NCBI GenBank assembly: GCA_050230475.1
Contig: JBFLGF010000127.1
Span: forward strand, 62,001-86,099
DNA from: Ancylonema sp.
Taxonomy: Eukaryota
DNA: 24,099 bases
Direction: 5' to 3'
Shown here: piece by piece, positions 11,201 through 22,487 of the stretch
Layout: each line of letters opens with the position of its first letter
Position numbering within the stretch: position 1 is the first letter of the stretch
Program-made: the position numbers and the translations under genes
The notes under the pieces: generated by a model
Database searches by the model: none
What the model saw: the letters and a program-made list of their open reading frames with translations, nothing else
What the model was told of the DNA's origin: nothing

Positions 11201-14200
11201 GGGAGAGAGTGTGTCGGCTGAGAGAGCCTCGGGCGCCCCCTGGTGAAGGCCCCCAACCACTGACATGGGGCGGCAGTCGGGTTTAGGACCTGTTTGGAAG
11301 GAGACAGGGTTTATGGCATGCACTGTAGGGCAGGGGAGGGGTGGGGCAGGGATCATCCAATGTGAGGGCCGAGCGAGCGACTGCCGATTCTGGGAGTGAG
11401 GAGGGGCATCGCCTCCTCGCCCCCCACTCAACCGTTTGTTCCTCTACCCCTTGCAGCTCCTCGACCCCCATCTCGAAGCTGGCAAGGAGCAGTAGCGGGG
11501 TGGGCAGGGGGGAGAAGAAGGAGACCCCCCAGGAGCGCCTGAAGCGCATCATGAGCAAGCAGCTCACAAAGCAAAGTAAGGGTGGGGCCCACCATGTGCG
11601 GCAGAAAGTGGATTGGGGCCTCATCCTTTTTGCGGCACCCAATCCCCCCAGCAATAACACTTTGTGAAAAAAAGCATAACCCACGCGAGTCACCCGGCAC
11701 ATCCTCACCTGATGGCTCTCACTCCACAACCCCTTTCACCTCCTCCTCCTCCTCCTCCTCCTCCTCCTCCTCCTCCTCCTCCTCCTCCTCCTCCTCCTCC
11801 TCCTCCTCCTCCTCCTCCTCCTCCTCCTCCTCCTCCTCCTCCTCCTCTCCTCCTCCTCCTCCTCCTCCCCTCCTTGACGGACCAGCAAGGGCTGGAGGAT
11901 GTGGAACGGGAGATCGAAGCTCGGGCTTCTGCACCCATCGCTGGTCAGGAGAGGCAAGTTCCTCGCAACTTCCCCGCAACACCCTGAGCAAATCATGGGA
12001 GCAGGTTGCTGTGACCCTCCCTCCTCTGCTCCCTAAACTCCACTTCCGTCCAGAAAATATATATTTTTGCTTGTTTTGAAAAGACTATCGCTCAATAACT
12101 GCAACGCACCTTCTGGAAATGTGCAGGCAAGCAGCTCCAGGGAGTGTTCCCGCGGGTCAGGGAGGGCAGGGAACCTACGGGAAGGTGGGGTTCAGCTATG
12201 GAACACAGGAGAGCGACCGGGAGTCGGAGGAAAGCGAGGATGAGAAACGGAGCGCCAGCTCTCTGAGCAGTGAGGACAGTGAGGATGAGAAGGTGGTGAG
12301 CATCGGGCGTCAGTACGGCGTCCGGAATTTCAATCGCATGGTCGCCCAGGAAAGGAAGGCGAAGGAGGATGAGAAAATGCAGAAAGACGCCGCCCGGGGG
12401 GATCCATCGGTGGTGAGTCACCTTTTTGTGCTTCTTTTTGGCGGTGTCAGAGCCACTCGGAGCTTCTTTCCCATTGGTTTCTTTTCTCCACCAAATTCTC
12501 GAGAGCCAGGAGTAGGACCATGCGTGCATCCATTCCCTGCCGACAGTTCAGGCCTCTGCCTGGATTTGTTTCAAAATGAGCAGAGTAGAGCCGCATGTCT
12601 CCACCAATAAAAAACCCCGAAAATACCTCAAGAACCCCCCCATGAAAACCTTGAAAACCCATAGTAACCCATAGAAGCCCCAAAACCCCAAAAAAAAACC
12701 CCCCAAAAAAACGAAAAAAACTCCTCATGTCTCCTCACGTCTCACGACGCTCCCGCTCCCGGACTCTGGCAGAAGAGATTGTCGAGAACCGAGCGGCGGA
12801 AGATGGCGCGGCAGGGGAAGTCAAGGGACTACGACGCCATCGCACGCGCCATGGACAAGTTCAGCGCACCTCCCCCTCCCCATCCGCCCCCACCCCCTCC
12901 GAGGTCACCCCCCACCAGCCCTGCGATTCTAACACCTATTCCTGAACCCATTCCTGAACCTCCTCCACCGCCTTGCGCCTCTACCCATGCAGAGAGCGGA
13001 GGCGGAGCCCCACGGACAAACCTTATCCTGCCTCAAAAAGGTACGAACCATCACAGAATGTGGCCCCCTGAAACATGATACGTGACCGTGGTTGGCCAGT
13101 CAGCTCATCGCCCTCTGCAACCCCTCCCTGACTGCTATGCCTCCACGAGCCTCCGCAGGTCAAGATCACCAGAAGCGCGATCGAGCAGACGGGACAGAGA
13201 TCGAGATCGCGATCGCGATCGCAATCGGGATCGGGATCGCGATCGCGATTCCGAGAGGGGAGGAGAGCGCGCTGAGCGGGACCGTGGTGGTGCCCCTCGG
13301 ATCGAGTTCATCACCGAGTTTGGCGCGGCAACGGACGGCAGCCAGCGCCCCCCCCCGGGCTCTCCCCCGTCACACCCGCCCCGTAACTTTTCTGGCCGGT
13401 CGGACCCCTGCTCTCTCTCAGCACCTGCACTTTACGGGGCGGTCGCCGGAGGGGGATGGGGATGGGGATGGGGGGTGGGCATGCGTGCGGGTGGGGTTGG
13501 GGGCTGCCGTGTGAACTTGAACTGAGGGCAGTCACAAACACACATGTGGGTGCATGAGCACAGCACCCAACAGTCGTCCCCCAAATCCCTCCTCACCTCC
13601 GAGAGATGAAGCAGCACTCCGCATCGGCCCCCCCCCCCTCACACTTCGACTCGAGGCCCCCCCACAGGTCTGCCCTCCCCGGCTCTGCCCCCATCTTGGA
13701 AGCGCTGCGGAGCGATCCTGCGGCTTCGAGGGCTCCCACACTCGGACTGCTCCCTACTGTCGCTGAGAGGGAGAGAGTGGGTCGGCTGAGAGAGCCTCGG
13801 CCGTCCCCTGGGAGGTGACATGGGGTTTAGGGTTTAGGGTTTATGGCATGCACTGTGAGTGGGTCAGATCAGTGAGGGCCGAGCGAGCGACAGCCGATTC
13901 TGGGAGTGAGGAGGGGCATCGCCTCCTCGCCCCCCACTCAACCGTTTGTTCCTCCACCCCTTGCAGCTCCTCGACCCCCATCTCGAAGCTGGCAAGGAGC
14001 AGTAGCGGGGTGGGCGGGGGGGAGAAGAAGGAGACGCCCCAGGAGCGCCTGAAGCGCATCATGAGCAAGCAGCTCACAAAGCAAAGTAAGGATGGGGTGT
14101 GGGCGTGGAGGGGTCCTTTTTGCGGCAACAGAAAGCAATGAATGGGTCACGGCACTGCATGATGGCCTCGCCACACATCCTCAACCCCACCCTCTCCACC

Positions 14201-15113
14201 CGCCCCTCACTCCACACCCCTTTCCCTCCTCCTCCTCCTCCTCCTCCTCATCCTCTGCAGTAAAAAAGGACAGCGCTGCTGAGAGTGCCAAGAAAGCGGA
14301 TGTGGGTCGGCAGCTCCAGGACCGCGCGGAGCAGTCCCGCAGACAGGCTCGGCACCGCACCCCCACCCGCAGTCGCAGCCGCAGCAGGACGCCCTCCCCC
14401 TAGTGAGACACCTTCCGATAAACTACCTCCCCCATGCACTGGCGCCACTCTGCTGTCCCCTCCTCCTCCTCTTCCACCCCTTACCATCGGCCTGTTGTCC
14501 ATCATTTTGTGAAACCATTCCGGTGAATTTTTGTTAGCGTCCACGCACGGGCCACAGCCTTCGGTTCCGCTCCACTCTCACTTCTGTCTGCGTCAGCCGT
14601 CGATCCGCATCTGGTGATGTCAGCACCTGAGTATGAGTGGGGGGTGGGTTTACTGCAGCTACGAGAGGGACATGCCCCCATCTCCCGCCACACGCCCCTC
14701 TGCTCACTCGCGCTCCCGGTAGGACTGCATTCCTCTCCCACCTCCCACTCGGATGTTGTGTGGGACAAGGGGGGGAGGCACACCTGGGTTCGTACCGTCA
14801 GCTGATGCGAATAGATACGCGATTCTACAGAGCCGCTAGCGTACTCATTCTATGCTCCCAACCCACTAGAAACAGGGGTTGCGGGTCCTCAAACCATGGA
14901 GGTGTCCGGCAGACAATACTGCGATTGGGCACTCTGGCTTACTTTGGAACGGGGGAGCAAGCGCTGCAGATTCGTACACGCTTTTTTATGAAGTTCACAT
15001 TCTCCTTTGTGTCATATGCATCTGCTGACGTCATTGTGAACGCGCGTCCGGTTCACAGGTCCCCAAAAGCGCGAAGTCACAGCCGACACCGAGATAGGTC
15101 TAGATCGCCTTAA
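8290..15113 (+). CDS. CLASRP: CLASRP/SFRS16-like SR-related splicing regulator (SWAP N-terminal DRY_EERY domain plus RD/RS-rich C-terminus), ~563 aa; intact path 8290-8486, 8718-8756, 8936-9084, 9270-9348, 9528-9813 (or 12127-12412), 12773-12903, 12993-13040, 13159-13398, 13668-13814, 13967-14085, 14261-14402, 14659-14718, 15059-15113
   Basis: Family motifs MWHEARR..K, IPWNG...IDRFDGRALLDFIRE, NYERYRDL, Y.KVGFSY, PRIEFITEFG, ILEAL..DPA, KKETPQERLKRIM.KQL.KQIKKD and a terminal RS repeat. Exon phases are consistent and total 1692 nt. The exon 9 donor and exon 12 are less certain. Confidence 0.93.
11739..11874. repeat. (CCT)n microsatellite at the duplication junction
   Basis: 36 perfect CCT units at 11739-11846, then an imperfect continuation. 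The homologous tract in copy B has 8 units (14225-14248). Confidence 0.97.
13823..13843 (+). repeat. Short interstitial plant-type telomeric repeat (GGGTTTA)3
   Basis: gggtttagggtttagggttta in CLASRP intron 9 of copy B; interrupted in copy A (~11279-11313). Confidence 0.75.
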
Positions 15114-16990
15114 TCCCCTCCTTGCCCTCCTTGACAACAGAATGCCAGTAGGAAAATGTCGGTGACAAACACATGCCTTCAGCGGCAGCAGCATACATGC
15201 ATGCTTCTATTTCGTTAGTGGGAGAACACATGGTGCGTGCAGACTCCATAGATTGTGCTCCGCTGTCTTTTAGTGCGCACCTCTAGCGGCCGCGTATGAC
15301 ATTCTTGCTTAAAGTGATGTGGATGTGTGTGGTCGCTTTTTTTGGAAGCGATAATAAGGTGTCGTGCCTTTGCAACAACATAGAGGGACGGTGCAAATGT
15401 GGCGGTTATGATGTAGGTGGTGTCAAGTGAAACAATTGTCACAACCATTAGCAGACACAAACACATTCGCCCTACTCTTTTACTGCGTATGCTAAGTGAC
15501 ATTGGTCATAAGCATTGGAACGTATATGTCATAGCTTGTAGAGCTTGCACACATCACGTGAACATCACACCAATGATAAGTAGTGGCCCGACAAGGGTTG
15601 TGACACAACCCTCACGTTGCCGGAAGCTCGTCGTAGACCAAACTAATTATTACATGATTTTGTGTCTATGATGAACGATTTTGGTTATAAAAGGTTCACT
15701 ACAAAAATAAATTGCACTCGTGATATGAATCCGTGAACCACGTTCAAGACATGCGCTTTGGTAGATGATTCAAACGTGTGATTTTCTTGACATTGCGTGG
15801 AGAAAATAGATGAGCCATCAGAGTTTCATCCTCATTGTCCTAGCACCATCTTCCTTTCCCCTCATATTTAATTGGTATGTAGCTTTACCATATAAGGACG
15901 ATCAAGGTCCTTGATTTTCCTCGTGAACGAAAGCTGCTCGGCTTCACCACAACATGCAAATGGATTTCCAAAAACAAAGTTCAACAAACATTTTTCAAAA
16001 CTTCATCAGGATAAAGCATCTGGATCGTATTCGACACGAACTATGGACCTATCTATCCACTCGCGATTATGAGGACCTCGAGGACCACAAAAAGAATACT
16101 ATGTGTGGTAGACTACGTTATGTTGCATGCATTTCCTATGATAAATGAGACATCACGATAGTATCAACGCTGAGCATGACATCATTGTCGAACGATGCGA
16201 ATCAACACTCGCTCCATTTATTACTTGCCTACAGTAACTACAAATACTTTCCTTCACAAATCTTGTAGAATAGTGTGCGAGCAGAATTGGGTGAGGGTGT
16301 CTTGCCTCTTGTCTTAGTGGAGTATGAATTCAGTTCGATGTACATATTTCCTTCCTGTTTGGACAAACCGAATGCCACCATAGTATTCAACACCGACAAC
16401 TTATGCAAATTTCATGTCTTCGACTAGGCCTTGTAGTTTGTATGGCCTTCTCAAGGTCATATTTCAAGGTTGTTGAGCTTGGTACGAATGTCTACTTAAC
16501 GTCCAGAATCCCATCGCTTCACTATCACTTCTGGAGGATAGGGCCGTAAAACAACCCAATGGATGGATCAGTGGGGATTTACCCCATGGTCAATATGGGA
16601 TTGTGGACATGATGTGACGTGGCGTTGTGCACGCCACAGTCACCACGCGATGTGAGAGCCCAAAATGTGGCCTTGGTACGAATACTTTCTCGTGATAGCC
16701 AAAAAACTTGACTGTGATAATAAGCTACTAAGAAGAAAAAACTCGGAAAACACTTGATTTTGACCATAAAACAACTAACAATATAGTGGTTCTATCTTGC
16801 ACAAGGGACACATTCAAGGGATTGCCATTAGGGACTTGGGTAATGGGGTGGGGGTAGCTAGTATTATCCGAAGTAGGTGCTAAGAAGGGGTGGGGGGTAA
16901 ATAGCATAATTACCTCCCACCAATTTCAGGGAAATAACTATGTCTTGTGTAGTGTCTAGAACGCCTGGATCAACCTTTTCTAGGCGTTAA

Positions 16991-17319
16991 GAGCATAGTT
17001 TATGACCACTCCTTTGGGCCATGCCTTTTGAAAAGATTCCAATTTTCGCAAAAATCTGGTTTATTGCGTTGTTTGTGACCACTCCTTACTTCATATATTT
17101 CGAAAACTTGAAAATATTCACTCCCAATATTGGGCATGTCCTTCCCATTTTGGACAAAATGGGAGTGACATGCCTTTTAAATGGGCGGGCTCGAGACGGA
17201 TGTGGTCCTCTCGCGGAGCGTTTCTCTCGCGTGGAAAATGATTATTTTCGCCCGCGCAATCGCGAAATATTCGGCGCCGGCCATGAGTGGTCCAAAGTAA
17301 GTGGTCAGAAACTATGCTC
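16991..17319. mobile_element. PIF/Harbinger (Tourist-like) MITE, 329 bp
   Basis: TIRs GAGCATAGTTTATGACCACT and AGTGGTCAGAAACTATGCTC (19/20, imperfect to ~30 bp), flanked by TAA at 16988-16990 and 17320-17322. Confidence 0.88.
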
Positions 17320-17502
17320 TAAGGCGATTGGCAATCGGCAGTTCGATAAAGTCGTGTGCAAAACCTGTAATTCTCATATAATCAATATGTACACCGTATA
17401 CTATTGTGTTGGACCATTTTGTGTAAACCGAACTATACCGTTAGTCTCCTCACGTAAGTTCACATGTGTTCAGTCCATACACACTCCACGCACCCGACAC
17501 CT

Positions 17503-17600
17503 CATTGCTTATTGCTTATTGCTCATTGCTTATTGCTTGTTGCTTTTTGCTTATTGCTTATTGCTTATTGCTGATTGATTACTGCTTACTGCTTACTACT
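17503..17600. repeat. (TTATTGC)n heptamer tandem repeat
   Basis: About 13-14 imperfect units; the same unit recurs at ~9451-9476. Confidence 0.92.
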
Positions 17601-18211
17601 TCACACAATACTATCAAATGTGTATTCCACAGTGGGTGCAATGAAGGGAGTGATAGGCGATGTGGGCTATGATAAGGAGCCTACTTCGAACACCAACATG
17701 ATGGGATTATTCTGGGACAGCTGGTACACGTAAATATACGTGTTAAGTAAATATAACGTTGACACCTTTCTCGTATCTGGTACCAACCATTCAAATGTTT
17801 GGCGGTTCCGCCATTCCGCTGTGTGTTATGGAAATACGATTAAATCAGACGTATCTGGGGGAATTTGATACCCAAAATGCACATCTAGACGTGATAACCT
17901 GTCAAGCTTTCTAGACACCTCCTGAACGACATGGTCATAAGGCTTGCTTGCTCGGGGTGCGCGACCACAACACATGCACTCGCACACACCATCCCGACCC
18001 CCACTAGCGTGAGCACAACGTTCCGCCCCACTCGAGGCTCCACTCGCGTCGACTCTCCCAACTCCCTCACCCTCTTCACCCCTCTGTCTCCCGCTCCGTT
18101 CGCATACCAATCTCGTCCGCCCTTGCCCCCCCCCATCCAACGAGGTCGAACTTGTACAGAGGTGGACGGAATGGCGAGGGTGGGGGTGGGTGCCAGGTGG
18201 CGATGATGCGG

Positions 18212-18236
18212 GTACCCGTATCGTACCGTACCGTAC
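18212..18236. promoter_or_regulatory. Cluster of four GTAC cores (candidate SBP-binding/copper-response elements) at the start of the intron after exon 4
   Basis: GTAC at 18212, 18223, 18228 and 18233; minus strand reads GTACGGTACGGTACGATACGGGTAC. Function is inferred only. Confidence 0.3.
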
Positions 18237-19889
18237 CTGGTTGCGGAGGTCCCGGGGGAAGTCGCCCGGGTTCCAGTCGTAGAGCTTGAAGGACACGCGG
18301 CCGGTGGGGGTCTGCGGGGACCGAATCACGAGTCAGCGCCAGGTCAGCACGGGAGGAGCCAAAGCTCACACGCACCTGTTGCTCACTGCCAACCACGCGG
18401 CACTCGTACCTGAGACACGTAGGGGGGAGGCATGGGAGGCTGACAGCTGGCGTCCTGTGCTTGCCAGTGAAGCCCCATTCCGTCATTCTGACGCGCATCT
18501 GACAGGAGCAGGTCGAGCAGGGAGGGGGAGTGGGCGTCCCTCCCCGTCGCCAGCAGAGTCGGTGGAGACAACAGGCGGCCGGAGGCTGGGATGGAGGGAA
18601 ACACAGCGGTCGTTGACTGGGCGGAACCAGAGAGCTGGGTTTGAGGGTGGGGGGGGCTGCCAGGTGGCAAGCTGTGGCTCCCCGCAGGGTCCTCGGTGGG
18701 TAGTAGAGGTGGGTACAGCGGATTGGGCGCCCCTTTTGGAGGTGGACTGTGCGGCGTTGCAGTGCTGATGTGGCCAGAGTGGCCGGATGACGTTTCCACT
18801 CTTTGCTTTTTGGCACTCGGACGATGGAGGCCTGTGCGTGGGCCGGGCAGGTCGCTGAGCGGTGCATGAGCTGAGGGGAGAAGAGAGGGGGGAGGGGAGA
18901 CAGAAGCAGGGTCAAGAAGTGACGTCGGCGGGGGAGTGGGGCCTATCCCCCGTATGGGTCTCCTCCATCCCTCTGCAGCCAAGTGGACTCACGGGGGGAG
19001 GTCTTGGTTGTGCTCATGCCCCGTGCCTCTGGGCTCAGCTCAGCCTCCGTCCCTCTGCTCTCTGTTTGTCGGGCTTCCTCCTTCTTTCTCCGTCTCCTGT
19101 TGTTGTGTCGCTCGAGCTTGCGACGACAGGAGCGCTTCCCCTCATCGAAGTCGGTGAGAGGATGGAACCTGACGCATGGAATGGCGGCAATCCGGATGAG
19201 ACGCCGTCACTGAAGTCCACCCTCTTTGTGTAGGCTTTGACACGTGTCAGTGTGCAGAACTTTGAGGTGTTTTGAGGCATGGCACACAAAAAGACGAGAG
19301 CAGAAGGAGACACAAATGCTGATGTCAGACTCGAAAGGAAGCTAGGCTCAATGATGGAGTCTGACTGGCAGCTGTACCTGCCGCACTGCTGGCAATACCG
19401 CTGACTCATCCCCTCATGAACGACGGAGGTCGCCTTCGCATGCTCGTCGCAGACTCTGTGCCGTTGATGATACCCCGTGAACAGACTCACATCAGCTCCG
19501 CAGCCCTGGATTTGACAGTTGGACATTGACAGGGTCGCAAATATGTCTGGCCTCCGGCTCTGCAGCTTGTTGAGAAGCTCTGCGTCGTGGCGAGTGCAAT
19601 CGCAAGGCACACGACCGGCGAGGAGATTCGGACACGTGTCATCGCCCGCAGTCTGGAAGTCGAATGGTGAGGAGTTCCAAAACTCCTCTGTGCCGCGCGA
19701 ACCATCAGGTCGAGTGGACTGCAATTCTGGATCACTTTCTAGAGGCAAGTCCGGTAAAGACAAGCTGGAGTACGCAGTCATTTTGTAGACATCGTTCGTC
19801 GGGGAAGAAGGTCCAGATGGGTCTGCCAGTAAGCTGTCTCCATCCCAGCCCCACTGCTCCCAGTGCTGCTGAGGGGCCCCGAAATCCAT
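18237..19889 (-). CDS. SPL7: SBP-box (SQUAMOSA promoter-binding-like) transcription factor, SPL7 clade; exons 19889-19378, 19168-18993, 18870-18410, 18311-18237; later exons not found
   Basis: SBP domain CQIQGC...YHQRHRVCDEH...RYCQQCGR/FHPLTDFDEGKRSCRRKLERHNNRRRRK with the conserved intron position. SPL7-type upstream motif CPNLLAGRVPCDC and downstream motif PTGRVSFKLYDWNPGDFPRDLRNQ. All GT-AG with consistent phases. Confidence 0.9.
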
Positions 19890-22384
19890 GTGTGAGATCT
19901 GCGGTGTTTCGCGTTGCTCAAGGAAGCGATTGTTCGCCAGAGTCGATTTTATCCTCTGACATGTTGCCTACGGGATGCATCTCGCCCACTTGAAAAACAA
20001 GTGTGTCATCATAACGCGTCATGTTTCCTTCTGGACTGTGAGAAGGCGGCCCAACAGCAGACCGTGCCGAAACAAAACTGCATCAGCTGTAGTTGATGTG
20101 ATTACTGAACAGGATTCTGTAACAATGTGACACAAAATGCAGTCGACATTTCATTCGTAGCCAATCGAACTTCCACTACGGCGCTTTTTCTTGCGTTCGC
20201 ATTATGCAACATGCATTATGGATGACAGAAGTTCCCCAGCCACGATACACCTGGAAAGAGAGAAGAGGTGGGGGAGACTGAGTCTCGTCCAACACGTGCA
20301 GAAAACACGTGTAGACACGTAAACACGTGTTCACCCCCAGCCATCCCAACCTCATCCCCAGCCATCCACATCATCAAGAAAACATTATCTACACTACGGG
20401 TCCCCAATGGCTAGGGATCTCATAACGATTGTGGGGTCTTCTTTGACTTGTTATGCGCTGGCTGTTTGGTTGGGAGAGAGTTTTCTAGTACGGTTCTAAA
20501 TGCGCGTCGTATAATTGCCTGGTTTGTTGGCATTAATTCATTTGCATCGGACATTTTTTCGTTGCAAGGGGAAGGGAGTCCCGTCGTTCGGCTTTAATGA
20601 TCATGTATTTCTCCCACTATGGGTCCCATAGTGCTGGCCTAATCACTTCAAAATCGTTGCTGGAGTGGAGGATAAGAGCATTACCAAACACAAGTGAGCT
20701 AATATATATATATGTAAGTATATATACGATATGTAGGTATCGTATGTATCCAATACATTTGCATTCGATTGCAAACAACGGGCACAATCGCAAACGTATC
20801 GCAGCAAGGGATGCATTGTACAGAGAACACACAAGATAAACGGACATTTGTCAAAACATATGGAAAGCTGGGGGGAATTAACATGATTTGGAAACATTCC
20901 GTTTGTTTTGTGAAAAAACTCCCTTGCATAAGGCCTTACAACCAAATTATTCGAGTCTTGTAAATTCCATGGGTGCTAGGATCTGCGGGTGAATGCGACC
21001 GGCCGAATGATTGAGTTAAAAAATGGTACTCAAAGAATCTCCAGAGATGCAGAAGGATATATTTTGGATACAGGCTGGCAATATTCAGCCACCGATTAAA
21101 GACATCCACATTATTTCAATTGTATTCATGATTCCTACAGTTTGAATCGATCATGTTAAAGTACCCATTCGCGATTATTTTTTTCTCGTAAACACTTACA
21201 TTTCACCTATTTGCACAAGTGAACTCAATGTATAAACCGTATGAGTACATTTTTAGTGTACCCCTACATATCCCTCATAGCCGATAGGTCGGACGAAAGT
21301 ATTTAATAACATTGAAGTAATCTATGAGGCTGAAAAAACTGTTATTTAGATGTGTTTACCCAACTTTTTTCCTTTTCTCCAATCACCTTTTCAGCCTTCC
21401 ACCGAGTGTTGACGTCGTCCGTGGTTTTTTTGTGTCATGACTACAACATATGCACAAATTCACACTCTTTGATGCGCTTGTGAGGTGGTGTGGCGATGCC
21501 TACGCAGACGCATTCTCGGGGGGGGGGGAATATCACGGTGAACCCCAAAATCTTTCTTGCCAATAATGTAGGTTGTGCATGTGACACTATTACTTGCGGT
21601 GATAGAGCATGACGAGGAAAATGATGATGAGCACGATACCCTCTCGGGGAACAAATAAAACATGGTATGTCCAAATGATGTAGGCAAATTACAAAGATCC
21701 AACAAGGACATCAACAATATTAACATGAAGAGGCTGTATGTATAACTCCAAAATTAGACCTAGACCAATGTATATACTTTGTAAGAAAGCAAGCATGGAC
21801 ACCTTGCTCTACACAACAGAATATCTAAATAACAAGCTGCCAAGTGCGTGGAAATATTTGGTACGTCCCGATCATCACGCACTAGCTTGATTAATTCGAA
21901 CATGTTTTCGATCCCAACTTTCGATACAACTACCACCCATTAGGTGTATGCAGAAGAGTTGTCATGGCACACTTAAAAAAGCAATGGACTAAAAACGATA
22001 AACCTGCTACTAATGAATCCTTTGCTACCAATACGTACAGAGTTACAAATACAATATAAAGGTCCCCGACACACCGCCTTGCCCCTGCATCGAGATCACA
22101 TTTTTCAAATGATGTTGGCGATTCACGCTTCCCTTCACAAAACCCGAAACCCAATCAAAGACAAAGTGACGCACAGAAAGTACACCCGTGCGGTCAACTG
22201 TTCGAGAGAGTTGAGGGTTGAGCCAAACGATATGCGAGGTGGACTCAACTAGTGCTCATCACAACACGCATCGCTTTTCATTCATGAACATTGCGATGAT
22301 TACGAAATCGACTCCAATCCTGTCCTCCTCTCCCACAGCTCAGCCTATTTGGGCAATCCCACCTTGCATTCAATGCCCAAAAAG

Positions 22385-22429
22385 ATAAATATAAATAAAT
22401 GTACATACATATAAAAATATCTATATGTG

Positions 22430-22487
<58 letters not shown>

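Larger units (their letters stand above)
9270..14250 (+). repeat. ~2.5-kb tandem duplication of CLASRP exons 4-10 (copy A 9270-~11740, copy B 11875-~14250)
   Basis: Paired exons A/B: 9270/11875, 9528/12127, 10171/12773, 10392/12993, 10564/13159, 11100/13668, 11457/13967. Introns also align. Confidence 0.95.

Noticed and set aside
11582..12079. Poly-S, poly-P, poly-E, poly-G and poly-R ORFs
   Set aside because: Six-frame readings of the intronic (CCT)n microsatellite.
15200..16950. Possible retrotransposon remnant
   Set aside because: No RT, integrase or gag motif, and no LTR pair identified by eye.
3363..17600. CRISPR-like array among the repeats
   Set aside because: No constant repeat with unique spacers and no cas-like ORFs; repeats are duplications, microsatellites or TE subterminal motifs.
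17021..17672. 185-aa hydrophobic ORF
   Set aside because: Runs through the MITE and the TTATTGC repeat; no transposase or other motif.
17770..17815. FEWL peptide on the minus strand as the missing SPL7 exon 5
   Set aside because: Out of phase with the nearest acceptor and not followed by an EGYIRPGC-like motif.
17826..19889. miR156/529 target site in the SBP gene
   Set aside because: No GTGCTCTCTCTCTTCTGTCA-like site seen, as expected for the SPL7 clade.
20400..22300. Short palindromes (e.g. CACTATGGG-T-CCCATAGTG near 20615) and a weak inverted pair near 21020/21250
   Set aside because: No TSD or extended TIR; could be chance or very old TE debris.
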